Part shown: positions 8,462 through 16,707 of the stretch, piece after piece
Layout of the letters: every line of letters starts with the position of its first letter
How positions within the stretch are numbered: the first letter of the stretch is position 1
Virus record (IMG/VR): IMGVR_UViG_3300034069_000436
Span: 1 to 41,085 of that record
DNA: 41,085 nucleotides
Direction: 5' to 3' (one strand)
Source of the DNA: a virus
Made by a program: the position numbers and the translations under genes
Notes under the pieces: model-generated
What the model saw: only the letters and a program-made list of their open reading frames with translations
Told to the model about the DNA's origin: nothing
Databases searched by the model: none

Positions 8462-10540
8462 TCACAATTCCACCCACCGACCGACGACCACAAACTTTCG
8501 TTGCATACGCTTGTTGTCGAGCATTTCGACAACCTCAAAAGCACCTTCCCGGAGCCAAGCCTTAAGCAACCGAGAAGCCTTTTTTCGGTCTTTTTCATTG
8601 TTGGAATCGATGCCCAGAGCTGCGCAGATCGGCACGCCGACCCATGCTTCTCCGGTTTGGATATTCTCGCGCCACTGGCCTTCGCTGACGGCTTTTTGAA
8701 CATCGTAGAGCTTGCGCGCGGTGATGCCGTCGAACAGGTCAGGCGGCGTCCATGGGCAGGCGACGCCGACCTTATCGCCATTAGCTAGATCGACGTTATT
8801 CATGCGATACCAGTCGCCGGACTCGGCCGGGGCAAGGTTTGCCTTATCGTTGTCGACACGAAAGAAGAACCGCCGCTCGTCTTGATCGACACCAAGCGTA
8901 TTGGCTTCGTCGACTGACATGCGATTGTAGACCAAAACTGAACGAGCCTTTCCGATCAATGCAGAGGCTCCTCGCGCGCTATCGGCCGTTGCCTCTGCAC
9001 CGTTCTGCTTGCGAACGTGGTGAACAAGATTGATGGCCGCGTTGGTTTTCTCGGCGACTATATTCCATTCCCTGGCCACTAGGTCGATCGCGTTGTTGTC
9101 ATTCTCGCTGACCTGATGCGAGCTGATGAACGGGTCGACGGAAAGAACATCGATCTTCCGGGCCAACATCTCAGCAATCAGCGCGTCCACCACGGGGCGG
9201 GCTATCTGAGCGCCATCCGGTCCTTCCGTGGCGATGATAAGCGGTTGGTCACGCCCGCTGTCGACATAGAGCCGGTCCTCGATATACTGCGGCTGTATTC
9301 CAAAATGTTGGGCGGTAGCGTGGAGACGGCGCTCCGTTTCGTCGTGTGGGTCTTCAAGGTTGTAGAGCCAGACGGACAGCGCCCCCTCAGGCAAGCCTTT
9401 CCCGTAAAAGTCCTGTCCGGATGCCATCGCCAGCGCCTCGCCAACCTTGAGCGATGATTTGCCGACGCCGCCGGCCGCTACGTCGAGGGAGACGAACTTT
9501 CGCAGCAGGTGCTTGCCGTAAAGCCATTCGCGCTTCGGTATCTGGTCGGTCGGGCGCCAAGCGAAGGGGGTGGCTTTGAGTAGCGCCCCACTCCCATTCT
9601 CGCCAGCCTCTTCAGGTGTGGCAAGTGTGGCAAACAAGGACGCCACGGCTTCCAAGCCGAATTCAGCCGCCATGTCGTTGAAGTCGTCGCCGCCCTCGGT
9701 GACCAGGCCATGCATATCCGGGAATATGAGTCTGGCGCCTAGGTTGCGAGCCGCATGCCCCGCACATTCCTTGCCTTTATTGGGGATCGGTGGCGTGCGC
9801 TCCGGCAAATGCCAGTCGTCCTCTCCGGCTACAATGAAGGGTCTTCCAGCCCATTTGTGGCCTGCCCATCGCGATACCTCGACCATGTTAGAAGCGTCGA
9901 TGCAGGCCGCCACGGGATAGCCTGTGGCTTCATGGATTGAAGCGCCTGTCGAGAATCCCTCGCAGAGCACGATAGGACCATCGCCGGAAAAGTCGCCGAT
10001 AGGGCAGTAACATCCGGCTTTCTCGCTACCGCGCCAAAATAGCCGGGAACCATCGTGCGCGATTTGCTGCAATGTACGCAGCTCGCCATTTACGTTGTAA
10101 AGGGGGATCAGCAGACCCTCGCCCTTTACGCGTGCGCCGTTCGATTGAATTTGCTTGCGCTGGAGATAGGGGTGCTCAGCCGCCGTCGTCCCATTGACAG
10201 CTTTTCCCCAATAGGCTTGCGCAGCCTCCGCTGCACGGTCGAAATTAGCTTTTCGCTCGCGATCCCGCTGGCGGCGCCGTTCGGTAATAACAGTGCGATC
10301 CTCGCTGCTGACCGAGCTGTCGCTAAACCAACGATGGCGTTTCGCCTCATCGCGCCAGTCCATAAAGACGCCGACCGGCTTTTCATCCGCGTGTAAGAGG
10401 TAGCGCCCCGGTTTCGACGATTTATGACGCGTGCCTTCGATGTTGAACCGATGCCAGCGGCCGTCTGCAATGATGGGGCCAGGGTCAGTGCCGCATGTCG
10501 ACTCGATGAAACGCCGAAACTGGTCGACCGCGTCCGTCAC
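8462..10540 (-). CDS. Bifunctional DNA primase / replicative helicase (Toprim primase plus RecA-like AAA_25/RepA-type NTPase)
   Basis: 692 aa. Toprim-like VLCEGFSTGASIHEATGYPVAACIDASN...VAGEDDWH. Walker A VAAGGVGKSSL. Walker B/RecA-like KIDVLSVDPFISSH and NLVHHVRKQ. Confidence 0.85.
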   Translation of the reverse strand: MTDAVDQFRRFIESTCGTDPGPIIADGRWHRFNIEGTRHKSSKPGRYLLHADEKPVGVFMDWRDEAKRHRWFSDSSVSSEDRTVITERRRQRDRERKANFDRAAEAAQAYWGKAVNGTTAAEHPYLQRKQIQSNGARVKGEGLLIPLYNVNGELRTLQQIAHDGSRLFWRGSEKAGCYCPIGDFSGDGPIVLCEGFSTGASIHEATGYPVAACIDASNMVEVSRWAGHKWAGRPFIVAGEDDWHLPERTPPIPNKGKECAGHAARNLGARLIFPDMHGLVTEGGDDFNDMAAEFGLEAVASLFATLATPEEAGENGSGALLKATPFAWRPTDQIPKREWLYGKHLLRKFVSLDVAAGGVGKSSLKVGEALAMASGQDFYGKGLPEGALSVWLYNLEDPHDETERRLHATAQHFGIQPQYIEDRLYVDSGRDQPLIIATEGPDGAQIARPVVDALIAEMLARKIDVLSVDPFISSHQVSENDNNAIDLVAREWNIVAEKTNAAINLVHHVRKQNGAEATADSARGASALIGKARSVLVYNRMSVDEANTLGVDQDERRFFFRVDNDKANLAPAESGDWYRMNNVDLANGDKVGVACPWTPPDLFDGITARKLYDVQKAVSEGQWRENIQTGEAWVGVPICAALGIDSNNEKDRKKASRLLKAWLREGAFEVVEMLDNKRMQRKFVVVGRWVEL

Positions 10541-10758
10541 GCTGCTTCCAGCCGAAAGGCAGCAACCAGCGTGTCTGTCTGACGACGAGTAAGGTCGCCA
10601 CGCTCATAGGCGGCAAGGATCGCCTCTTTGCGCTCAATATCGGTAGCCGCAACAGGAAATAGGGCATCCTCCGCGAAGCGGACCAGGAGCGTATCCAGCA
10701 ACGCCCCGAAGGGTTGCACGGCCGTCTCAACGTCTGTAGATGCGTTCATGCGCGGCAT
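10537..10758 (-). CDS. Hypothetical protein
   Basis: Track ORF 10537..10914 trimmed to MPRMNAS (AGGAGAGG adjacent). An alternative ATG lies at 10749. The stop overlaps the primase start. Confidence 0.5.
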   Translation of the reverse strand: MPRMNASTDVETAVQPFGALLDTLLVRFAEDALFPVAATDIERKEAILAAYERGDLTRRQTDTLVAAFRLEAA

Positions 10759-10814
10759 CCTCTCCTGCCGTTGCCAGGGCGAGGCGGTGGTCGCACACCC
10801 CTCGCCCGCCCTTT

Positions 10815-11384
10815 CTATCCTAGCGTCACACCTTCGGCAAGCACGGCATTGACCGCCATAAGCATTACGATCTCGCATCCACGCGGCGAGCGAGCGCCCT
10901 TTCTTAGATTGCACGTCCGATGCATCGCCACCCGGTTGTTGCGATCTTTTCCGCCTAGGACACGGGGTAGCACGTGATCGAACGTTGCACGCAAGGGGTC
11001 GTCATGACTGCCCCCAAACTCAAGCTGTTCTCCACACGCCGCGCAACGCATGGCTTGGGCCTTTGCAATGCGGAACAGCAGTGACTTATGGGCTAGGTAA
11101 CGTTGGCGCTTTCGAGCCGGCATTATGGAGCAGATGGGCTTTTTGCCGCCGGCTTCCCAAGCCGCATAGCGCGCGGCGTCTCGTTCATCCGACAAGCCAA
11201 GCGAACGAGCCTCGGACTTTGTCAGGTTGGTAAGGCTATAGTCCAGCGGTGAAACGACAATAGCTGGGCGCTTAGAAAGGCTATTTACATACGAACGACT
11301 TTTCGGTTGGCGCGGTTTGGCGCGAAGTAGCACCGTCATACGCTTAGCGCACTCTTCCAAGGTCATTGGTCCTTGGCCTTTCAT
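10815..11384 (-). CDS. HNH endonuclease
   Basis: 189 aa. CAACGEQL...ATFDHVLPRVLGGKDRNNRVAMHRTCNLRKG gives the Cys pair plus the H-N-H core. Confidence 0.8.
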   Translation of the reverse strand: MKGQGPMTLEECAKRMTVLLRAKPRQPKSRSYVNSLSKRPAIVVSPLDYSLTNLTKSEARSLGLSDERDAARYAAWEAGGKKPICSIMPARKRQRYLAHKSLLFRIAKAQAMRCAACGEQLEFGGSHDDPLRATFDHVLPRVLGGKDRNNRVAMHRTCNLRKGARSPRGCEIVMLMAVNAVLAEGVTLG

Positions 11385-11822
11385 TCATTTGGTCCTTACA
11401 GGCGCACCGATCTCAGCCAGCCACCTGACCGCGCTTTCCGGCACAAAGAAACACGCCACTGGCCAGCCCATGTCATGCAGCCGATTGCCAAAGTCGATTT
11501 GATTCTGGCTTAGCGTGCCGGCGCGGCCAGACTTATCGTAACCCTTCATCTCAATTAGAGCGTGTCCATGGTTCCACCACAGCGCGAGGTCAAACGCGCC
11601 TGACTTGATGCCTTCTGCCTTGGCTTGACGTGGGTTGCGCTTACCAGCGTTGGGGATTGCGCGCACCTCGATTGAGGGTGCGCAGTGGCGAAGGAGACTG
11701 AGGAGCGTAGTCTGTCGGGGCAGCTCGGCGATGTGTTTGCGCCCGTCCGGTGGCTCGACCGGGAAGCGTGGTTCTGCGGTCAGGGTCTCGTCTAGGGCAG
11801 CGAGGATTGTTGCAAGGGTCAT
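11385..11822 (-). CDS. VRR-NUC domain nuclease
   Basis: 145 aa. GAFDLALWWNHGHALIEMKGYDKSG...LSQNQIDF gives a PD-(D/E)xK core typical of VRR-NUC. Confidence 0.75.
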   Translation of the reverse strand: MTLATILAALDETLTAEPRFPVEPPDGRKHIAELPRQTTLLSLLRHCAPSIEVRAIPNAGKRNPRQAKAEGIKSGAFDLALWWNHGHALIEMKGYDKSGRAGTLSQNQIDFGNRLHDMGWPVACFFVPESAVRWLAEIGAPVRTK

Positions 11823-12010
11823 GCGCGATCATCACGATTAAGCCGCATCAACCGATGATACCCCGCCACCTTCAACGACACGCCGTACCGCGCTGCCAAG
11901 TCCGCATCGGTGATCGCCCGCACTGCTTCAATCCGAGCGGTCGCGCAGAACGTCAGGCAGTCGCGCGCGCGGTCGGCGCCTGTGCGTTTGGGGTTGTCGT
12001 AGCGGGTCAT
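11819..12010 (-). CDS. Hypothetical protein
   Basis: 63 aa, with 4-nt overlaps to both neighbours. Confidence 0.5.
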   Translation of the reverse strand: MTRYDNPKRTGADRARDCLTFCATARIEAVRAITDADLAARYGVSLKVAGYHRLMRLNRDDRA

Positions 12011-12333
12011 GCGTAGACCTTGAGGGGGCGCTTTTTCGCCACCTTACGATCAGCGCCGGTGTCAGTCAGGACGATCTTGCGGAAATGGGTCGACTGATAG
12101 CCGTTACGTCGCCCGATAAAATACAGCATAAACATACTCGCGCCCTTGCGTGGGCCTTCTGACGACGCCTTATAAGCTACATCCGATACCATCAACCTAT
12201 CGCCAACAAGAGGAGGGGCTTCGCTATATAGTTCGAAATGACCTACACACTCAGCCATATCCCCCGGCTTCCAGTCGACCGACGTAGGCCCGAAGTGCAC
12301 AGGCTTACGGCGCCTGCGAAACGGCCAGATCAT
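12007..12333 (-). CDS. Hypothetical protein
   Basis: 108 aa ORF, coupled to the downstream gene. Confidence 0.55.
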   Translation of the reverse strand: MIWPFRRRRKPVHFGPTSVDWKPGDMAECVGHFELYSEAPPLVGDRLMVSDVAYKASSEGPRKGASMFMLYFIGRRNGYQSTHFRKIVLTDTGADRKVAKKRPLKVYA

Positions 12334-12346
12334 GCCATATCTCCCA

Positions 12347-12976
12347 TCACAACAACCCCGAGGAAACGCCGCCCAAGGTCTGCGTCACCACTCGATCCGG
12401 CACCCGGAACGTATCGACCAGAGCCGCGCCCATCCGCACCTTGGCGAGCTGCTTATCGAACGCCGACATATCGGCCTCAATAATCCGCCGCGCCTCCGCT
12501 CTGCCGTACATCGCGCCGATGCGGTAGAACTCGTCGTGACGATCCGGCGGGCACCAAGCCATGCGAGCTGCGCGTTTTACCCGCGCTACCTCGCTGATAG
12601 TTCGACCGGCTTTTGCCCGGCTTTCCGCGCTCCGTGTGGTCTCAATGTTACGCGCACCAACACGACGGCCAGACTCTCGCATTTTGTTCACGATTTCGGG
12701 GTTGGCGGCCCTGGTGGCCTTGCCTTTTATGCCGCCGGCCTTGCGAATGGTGGCGCGTTCAGGCGCTTGGTTGAACGCCGTCATCCGCACCTTCATAAGC
12801 TCTCGATACGCCGGGTCTTTCGCCTTCGCCTGATTGTCGCACGCGCGGCACATGCCTTTGCTACGCCAACTGATCGGCTTATCGCAGCCGCCGCACGTGC
12901 GCGACGATCGGCAGGTCAGACACACCGGGTCCTTGGCCGTAGCGCCCATGACGCGTTCACAGGACGTGCAGATCAT
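12347..12976 (-). CDS. Cys-rich zinc-ribbon / basic DNA-binding-like protein
   Basis: 209 aa. The N-terminus has four CxxC-type pairs (CTSCE..CLTCR..CGGCD..CRACD), followed by a basic K/R-rich middle region. Confidence 0.6.
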   Translation of the reverse strand: MICTSCERVMGATAKDPVCLTCRSSRTCGGCDKPISWRSKGMCRACDNQAKAKDPAYRELMKVRMTAFNQAPERATIRKAGGIKGKATRAANPEIVNKMRESGRRVGARNIETTRSAESRAKAGRTISEVARVKRAARMAWCPPDRHDEFYRIGAMYGRAEARRIIEADMSAFDKQLAKVRMGAALVDTFRVPDRVVTQTLGGVSSGLL

Positions 12977-13062
12977 TCACACCATCCTTCGTTGTCGGAA
13001 CGGTCGAATATGAGGAATGCGGCCAAAGCGGCGATGGCAATCAGGGCGGACAGGATGCGCAC
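12973..13062 (-). CDS. Possible 29-aa single-pass membrane peptide
   Basis: My translation from the GTG at 13062: (M)RILSALIAIAALAAFLIFDRSDNEGWCE. It starts 2 nt after the Cro-like stop and ends in an ATGA overlap with the next gene. Confidence 0.3.
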   Translation of the reverse strand: MRILSALIAIAALAAFLIFDRSDNEGWCE

Positions 13063-13063
13063 C

Positions 13064-13258
13064 CTATCGGTCCACCATCATTTCAGGCATCGGCTTACCT
13101 GCAACGGCGCCGAGCATTGCGATCGTATTACGATGCAGCTTCGGGACGCCGTTGTAGCGCCAATAGGAAAACGCCTGCCGGCTGATCCGCATGTGCGCCC
13201 TGATTGGAGCGAATCCCAGCCGATCAAGAGCCGCTGCGTCGGGATGATGCTGTTTCAT
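13064..13258 (-). CDS. Cro/YdaS-like HTH transcriptional regulator
   Basis: Only the last 64 aa of track ORF 13064..14086 look real: MKQHHPDAAALDRLGFAPIRAHMRISRQAFSYWRYNGVPKLHRNTIAMLGAVAGKPMPEMMVDR. It is the first gene of the leftward block and faces the divergent control region. Confidence 0.65.
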   Translation of the reverse strand: MKQHHPDAAALDRLGFAPIRAHMRISRQAFSYWRYNGVPKLHRNTIAMLGAVAGKPMPEMMVDR

Positions 13259-13363
13259 GAAACGCGATATGACACGCCAAAATAATTGACGCAAGAGGGT
13301 TGACGCGCAAAGCCTTTGACGGCAGATAGGGGCAGCAGGCCACCCCGGCTTTGGGAGAGCACC
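13259..13363. promoter_or_regulatory. Divergent early control region with three TTGACG direct repeats
   Basis: TTGACG occurs at 13286-13291, 13300-13305 and 13316-13321 (spacing 14 and 16 nt), in an AT-richer stretch (aaaataattgac). SD GGGAGAG lies before the GTG at 13364. The Cro-like ATG at 13258 has almost no leader. Confidence 0.45.
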
Positions 13364-14143
13364 GTGACGACAACCGCACCGACGATCGATCAAGACCGCT
13401 TGGCGGAGGTTGCAAAGCGCGGCCTCGATAGCGGCGCACATCATGGCTTCGAAGATGGCATGTGCGCGATGGAAGCTGCCAGCTACATCGCTGGTGAGCC
13501 CTGGAGCGACCATCCCAAGTGCGTCAGCCCGGTCATCGCAGCGTTCCTTCGTAGCTGGAATGACAGCCTGCCAACCGATGAGCGTAACGCGTTGATAACG
13601 CCGGACGTGATCGCTATAACGATCGGCACGCGCGGGTCTGCCAAGCTGGAAGAGCGCCGCTCGCTGATGGCAGCCGACTGGCTGGTCCGCACGCATACCG
13701 TGGCATGGCTCCGGCTCGCGAAGCTGGACAAGCAAGCCGACGCGTTGGAAGGTTTGCCCGAAATTACGGCAATGGCGCAGGTGCCGCCAATGCGGGCACC
13801 TATTGAGGGTGTGCGTGCTGACGCAAACGCTGCCTGGGACGCTGCCGGGGCCGCTGCCGGGGCCGCTGCCAGGGACGCTGCCAGGGCCGCTGCCAGGGAC
13901 GCTGCCAGGGCCGCTGCCAGGGACGCTGCCAGGGCCGCTGCCAGGGCCGCTGCCTGGGCCGCTGCCGGGGCCGCTGCCGGGGCCGCTGCCAGGGCCGCTG
14001 CCGGGGCCGCTGCCGGGGCCGCTGCCTGGGACGCTGCCGGGGACGCTGCCAGGGCCGCGCTCATGCCGACCCGTCTGACTCTGCAAGCATCTGCTGGCGA
14101 TCTGATCCGCCGCATGTGCGCACTGACCGAGGTGGCCTCGTAA
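13364..14143 (+). CDS. Early protein with a globular N-terminal domain and a (A-A-W/G/R-D/A)19 repeat C-terminal half
   Basis: Track ORF 13316..14143. Start preferred at the GTG at 13364 after GGGAGAGcacc. The N-domain motif is CAMEAASYIAGEPWSDHPKCVSPVIAAFLRSWNDSLPTDERNAL. The C-terminal half is encoded by the 12-bp array. Confidence 0.7.
   Translation: MTTTAPTIDQDRLAEVAKRGLDSGAHHGFEDGMCAMEAASYIAGEPWSDHPKCVSPVIAAFLRSWNDSLPTDERNALITPDVIAITIGTRGSAKLEERRSLMAADWLVRTHTVAWLRLAKLDKQADALEGLPEITAMAQVPPMRAPIEGVRADANAAWDAAGAAAGAAARDAARAAARDAARAAARDAARAAARAAAWAAAGAAAGAAARAAAGAAAGAAAWDAAGDAARAALMPTRLTLQASAGDLIRRMCALTEVAS
13829..14056 (+). repeat. In-frame 12-bp tandem array, 19 units
   Basis: The unit is GCTGCC[T/G/A]GGG[A/C]C. 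I counted the units one by one: 13829-13840 ... 14045-14056. Only 2 of the 12 positions vary. Confidence 0.95.
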
Positions 14144-14415
14144 TGTACGCCGCCCCCATTACCCCCGTCGACCAGCCCAGCGTAGAGGACCGTATCCGCG
14201 CCGTCCGCGCCGCGCAGGAGGCTGACCGCCAGATCACCCCGACGCAGTTCATGCGTCAGATCGACGCCGAGGCTGATCGGCTGTTCCGTGGCCGCACGAC
14301 CCGAATTGTTCGGGGGGGCGGGCAAGTGACCCGCCGTGAGCATCACGCCGTGTCGTTCCTGCTGGCGATCGGCTTTGCACTGTCGTTCTGTGCGATGTGG
14401 GCGGTGCTGGCATGA
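14143..14415 (+). CDS. Hypothetical protein with a C-terminal TM segment
   Basis: Track ORF 14116..14415 trimmed to MYAAPITPV (TAATG overlap with the upstream stop). The C-terminus AVSFLLAIGFALSFCAMWAVLA is hydrophobic. Confidence 0.55.
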   Translation: MYAAPITPVDQPSVEDRIRAVRAAQEADRQITPTQFMRQIDAEADRLFRGRTTRIVRGGGQVTRREHHAVSFLLAIGFALSFCAMWAVLA

Positions 14416-14627
14416 GCCACACTCCCGGACCATGGGCGGTCAGCAAGCAAAAGGCCCGGCGCGTCACCGCCAGCGGCGTCATCATCTGCAACGCCGTCCT
14501 CCGCAATCAGGGTGGTCCAAAGCACAAGGCGTACCTGAAGGACGAGCATGAGGCGGAGGCCAATGCCAATCTGATCGCTGCTGCGCCTGACTTGGTGGAA
14601 GTCGCCGGAGATGCCTTGTCTGGCTAG
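14412..14627 (+). CDS. Hypothetical small phage protein (GPW ... ANANLIAAAPDL motif family)
   Basis: MSHTPGPWAV...EAEANANLIAAAPDLVEVAG, with an ATGA overlap upstream. I recognise this motif pair from many small phage proteins of unknown function. Confidence 0.6.
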   Translation: MSHTPGPWAVSKQKARRVTASGVIICNAVLRNQGGPKHKAYLKDEHEAEANANLIAAAPDLVEVAGDALSG

Positions 14628-14725
14628 CGCTATATTCGTCAGCAGCATGGTGATTTGCCCGGCGTCGGCTGGGCACGAGTTGAGCAAGCGCTCACCGCCG
14701 CGCTCGCTAAAGCCCGAGGTGAGGC

Positions 14726-14947
14726 ATGAATCCCTTCGACGCCCTAAATCGCTCAGGGCTGGCGATGCTGTCCGAAGCTGCGCCTATCGAAACCGACGCT
14801 CTGGTCGCTTTCTGGCAAGACCCGGAGCCGTTCTACGCCGAGCAGCGCGAGATGCGTGCGCAGGCCAGTGTAGCGCATGCCGCAGCCATGACTCCCTTGA
14901 ACGCCAAACAAGCCGCTCGTTGGGCGGATGAGGAGAAGATAGCATGA
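14726..14947 (+). CDS. Hypothetical protein
   Basis: 73 aa, with SD GAGGTGAGG upstream. Confidence 0.55.
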   Translation: MNPFDALNRSGLAMLSEAAPIETDALVAFWQDPEPFYAEQREMRAQASVAHAAAMTPLNAKQAARWADEEKIA

Positions 14948-15234
14948 GCGCTCCCAACATCGCATGCGTCCTTGCTGACGCGGTTGGTCCGCTTCTTGCC
15001 GGCCTAACCGACGCCATGGGCTGCAAAGCCGACGTGTCTTGGTTTTCCGCCTCCGATCGCTGTCATGCGTTCTGGAGCGTTAACCTGCACGATCATGATC
15101 GATGCTTTAGCGGCAACGACATTGACAGCCCGAGCCGCGCCTTGATGAAAGCTAATGCCCAGCGGCAGGAATGGGAGGAGCAGCAGACTCGTGGCCAGAA
15201 ATTGTTGGCCCAGGACGCACAGGTGTCGGCGTGA
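14944..15234 (+). CDS. Hypothetical protein
   Basis: 96 aa, with an ATGA overlap upstream. Confidence 0.55.
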   Translation: MSAPNIACVLADAVGPLLAGLTDAMGCKADVSWFSASDRCHAFWSVNLHDHDRCFSGNDIDSPSRALMKANAQRQEWEEQQTRGQKLLAQDAQVSA

Positions 15235-15920
15235 ATAAGCCTCACATTACCTACCACGCCGACTTTGACCAAGGTTCGGAGCAATGGCTGGCGGCGCGTT
15301 GCGGGCTGCTCACCGCGAGCGAGATGAAGCTGATCCTTACGCCGACGCTCAAGGTCTCCAACAACGATAAGACACGCCAGCACGTTTATGAGATCGCTGG
15401 CCAGCGTATCACCGGATATGTCGAACCGCACTACATTGGCGACGACATGCTGCGTGGTCACGAAGACGAGGTGCGCGCACGGCTTGCCTATGCCGAAAAG
15501 TTTGGCGAGGTCACGGAGTGCGGGCTGGTCACGAATGACAGTTTCGGCTTTACCATAGGCTATTCGCCCGACGCTCTTGTTGGCAATGGCGGCCTGATCG
15601 AGTGTAAGTCGCGTCGGCAAAAGTATCAGGTGCAAACGATTATTGCTGGCGTGCCGGACGAGCACGTTTTGCAGCTTCAGACCGGTTTGTTGGTCACCGA
15701 GCGAGCGTGGATTGACTACGTGTCATACTCGGGCGGAATGCCGATGGCGGTGATCCGCGTCGAATCTGACGCAGAAATGCAGACAGCTATTGTTGCGGCG
15801 GCGACTGACTTTGAGCAGCGCGTTACCGATGCGATCAGTGATTACCAATCCGCCCTTTCGTCTGGCCGCCTTCGCTGGTGCCCGACCGAGCGCGTTATCG
15901 AACAGGAAATGCATCTATGA
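15231..15920 (+). CDS. YqaJ-like (lambda Exo-type PD-(D/E)xK) recombination exonuclease
   Basis: Track ORF 15171..15920. Start at the GTG at 15231 (GTGA overlap). Motifs: FDQGSEQWLAARCGLLTASEM, GYSPDALV, LIECKS. Confidence 0.8.
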   Translation: MNKPHITYHADFDQGSEQWLAARCGLLTASEMKLILTPTLKVSNNDKTRQHVYEIAGQRITGYVEPHYIGDDMLRGHEDEVRARLAYAEKFGEVTECGLVTNDSFGFTIGYSPDALVGNGGLIECKSRRQKYQVQTIIAGVPDEHVLQLQTGLLVTERAWIDYVSYSGGMPMAVIRVESDAEMQTAIVAAATDFEQRVTDAISDYQSALSSGRLRWCPTERVIEQEMHL

Positions 15921-16561
15921 GTGACATGTCTGCCGTCATTGTCGCCAAGAGCGATCAGTGGAACGCTGACGATTTCGTCAACGGCGCCCGCACCTTCACC
16001 ATTGAGGACGTTTCGATCCGCCCCGGCACAGAACAGCCGGTGCAGATCAAGCTCGCCGGCAGCAACAAGTTCTTCCGTCCGTGCAAGACCGTCAGCCGTG
16101 TCTTGGTCGCGGCTTGGGGCGCGGATGCCAATGCATATCGTGGCCGATCGCTAACGCTCTACACCGACCCGGCGGTTCTCTGGGGTGGCATGAAGGTGGG
16201 TGGCATCCGGGTCAGCCACCTGTCAGACCTGACGCAGCCGCTTGTCATCGCCCTTCAGGAAAAGAAGGGTAGCCGCAAGATGACGACCGTGCAGCCGCTC
16301 AAGGTCGAGTCCGCGCAGTCTAACGGCAGCGACTTGCTCACGATCGACCAAGCGCGCGCGGATATCACCAACGCGGCAGACCTGGGCGATTTGCGCCGGT
16401 TGTGGTCGCGCCGGGCAATGGCGCCGTTCCGCGATGAACTTCAGGAAGCGCTCGACATTCGCAAGGAAGAACTGTCCAACATCGACGCTCGCGAAGGCCG
16501 TTCCGACGACCAACATGGCGACCAACACGACGGCGAGACCATTGAGGAAAACGGCCAATGA
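15917..16561 (+). CDS. Hypothetical protein. Its position suggests an ssDNA-binding or annealing partner of the exonuclease, but this is unproven.
   Basis: Track ORF 15878..16561 trimmed to MSDMSAVIVAKSDQWNADDF (ATGA overlap). Beta-rich N-terminal half and acidic tail. The functional suggestion rests on synteny only. Confidence 0.35.
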   Translation: MSDMSAVIVAKSDQWNADDFVNGARTFTIEDVSIRPGTEQPVQIKLAGSNKFFRPCKTVSRVLVAAWGADANAYRGRSLTLYTDPAVLWGGMKVGGIRVSHLSDLTQPLVIALQEKKGSRKMTTVQPLKVESAQSNGSDLLTIDQARADITNAADLGDLRRLWSRRAMAPFRDELQEALDIRKEELSNIDAREGRSDDQHGDQHDGETIEENGQ

Positions 16562-16707
16562 CCGGCAGCTACCGAGACATCCTCGCCCGCCGCGAGCGCA
16601 AACGCCCGGACGGGACGTCTGTCTGGCCGCTGCGCAACAGCGACAATCCCAGCCGGTTTCGGACCGATGCTGGGTCTCAGGTAAGCGGGGAGAGCGCACG
16701 TGGCTGA
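16558..16707 (+). CDS. Hypothetical 49-aa protein (below the track cutoff)
   Basis: My translation: MTGSYRDILARRERKRPDGTSVWPLRNSDNPSRFRTDAGSQVSGESARG. ATGA overlap upstream, and an 8-nt overlap with the next GTG start. Confidence 0.4.
   Translation: MTGSYRDILARRERKRPDGTSVWPLRNSDNPSRFRTDAGSQVSGESARG

Noticed and set aside
13829-14056. CRISPR array, or DGR variable region, as an explanation for the short repeats (also considered for 17401-17637)
   Set aside because: The units are contiguous with no spacers and are in frame inside good ORFs. No cas genes, reverse transcriptase or template-repeat copy occur anywhere in the 40.9-kb genome. The variation is not adenine-specific.
13259-14433. Long minus-strand ORFs 13064..14086 (beyond its genuine 3' end at 13064-13258) and 13483..14433, encoding PGSGPGS and AAPAAA repeats, and plus-strand ORF 13803..14078 (LPGPLPG)
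   Set aside because: They exist only because the 12-bp array has no stop codon in several frames. Their flanking parts are R/C/H-rich junk. Only the last 64 codons of 13064..14086 (the Cro-like gene) look real.
14628-14725. A small ORF starting at ATG 14647 in the 98-bp gap of the early operon
   Set aside because: It belongs to the out-of-frame 106-aa track ORF 14611..14931, which overlaps the next, SD-preceded gene and has an R/S/P-rich translation. The gap is treated as non-coding.
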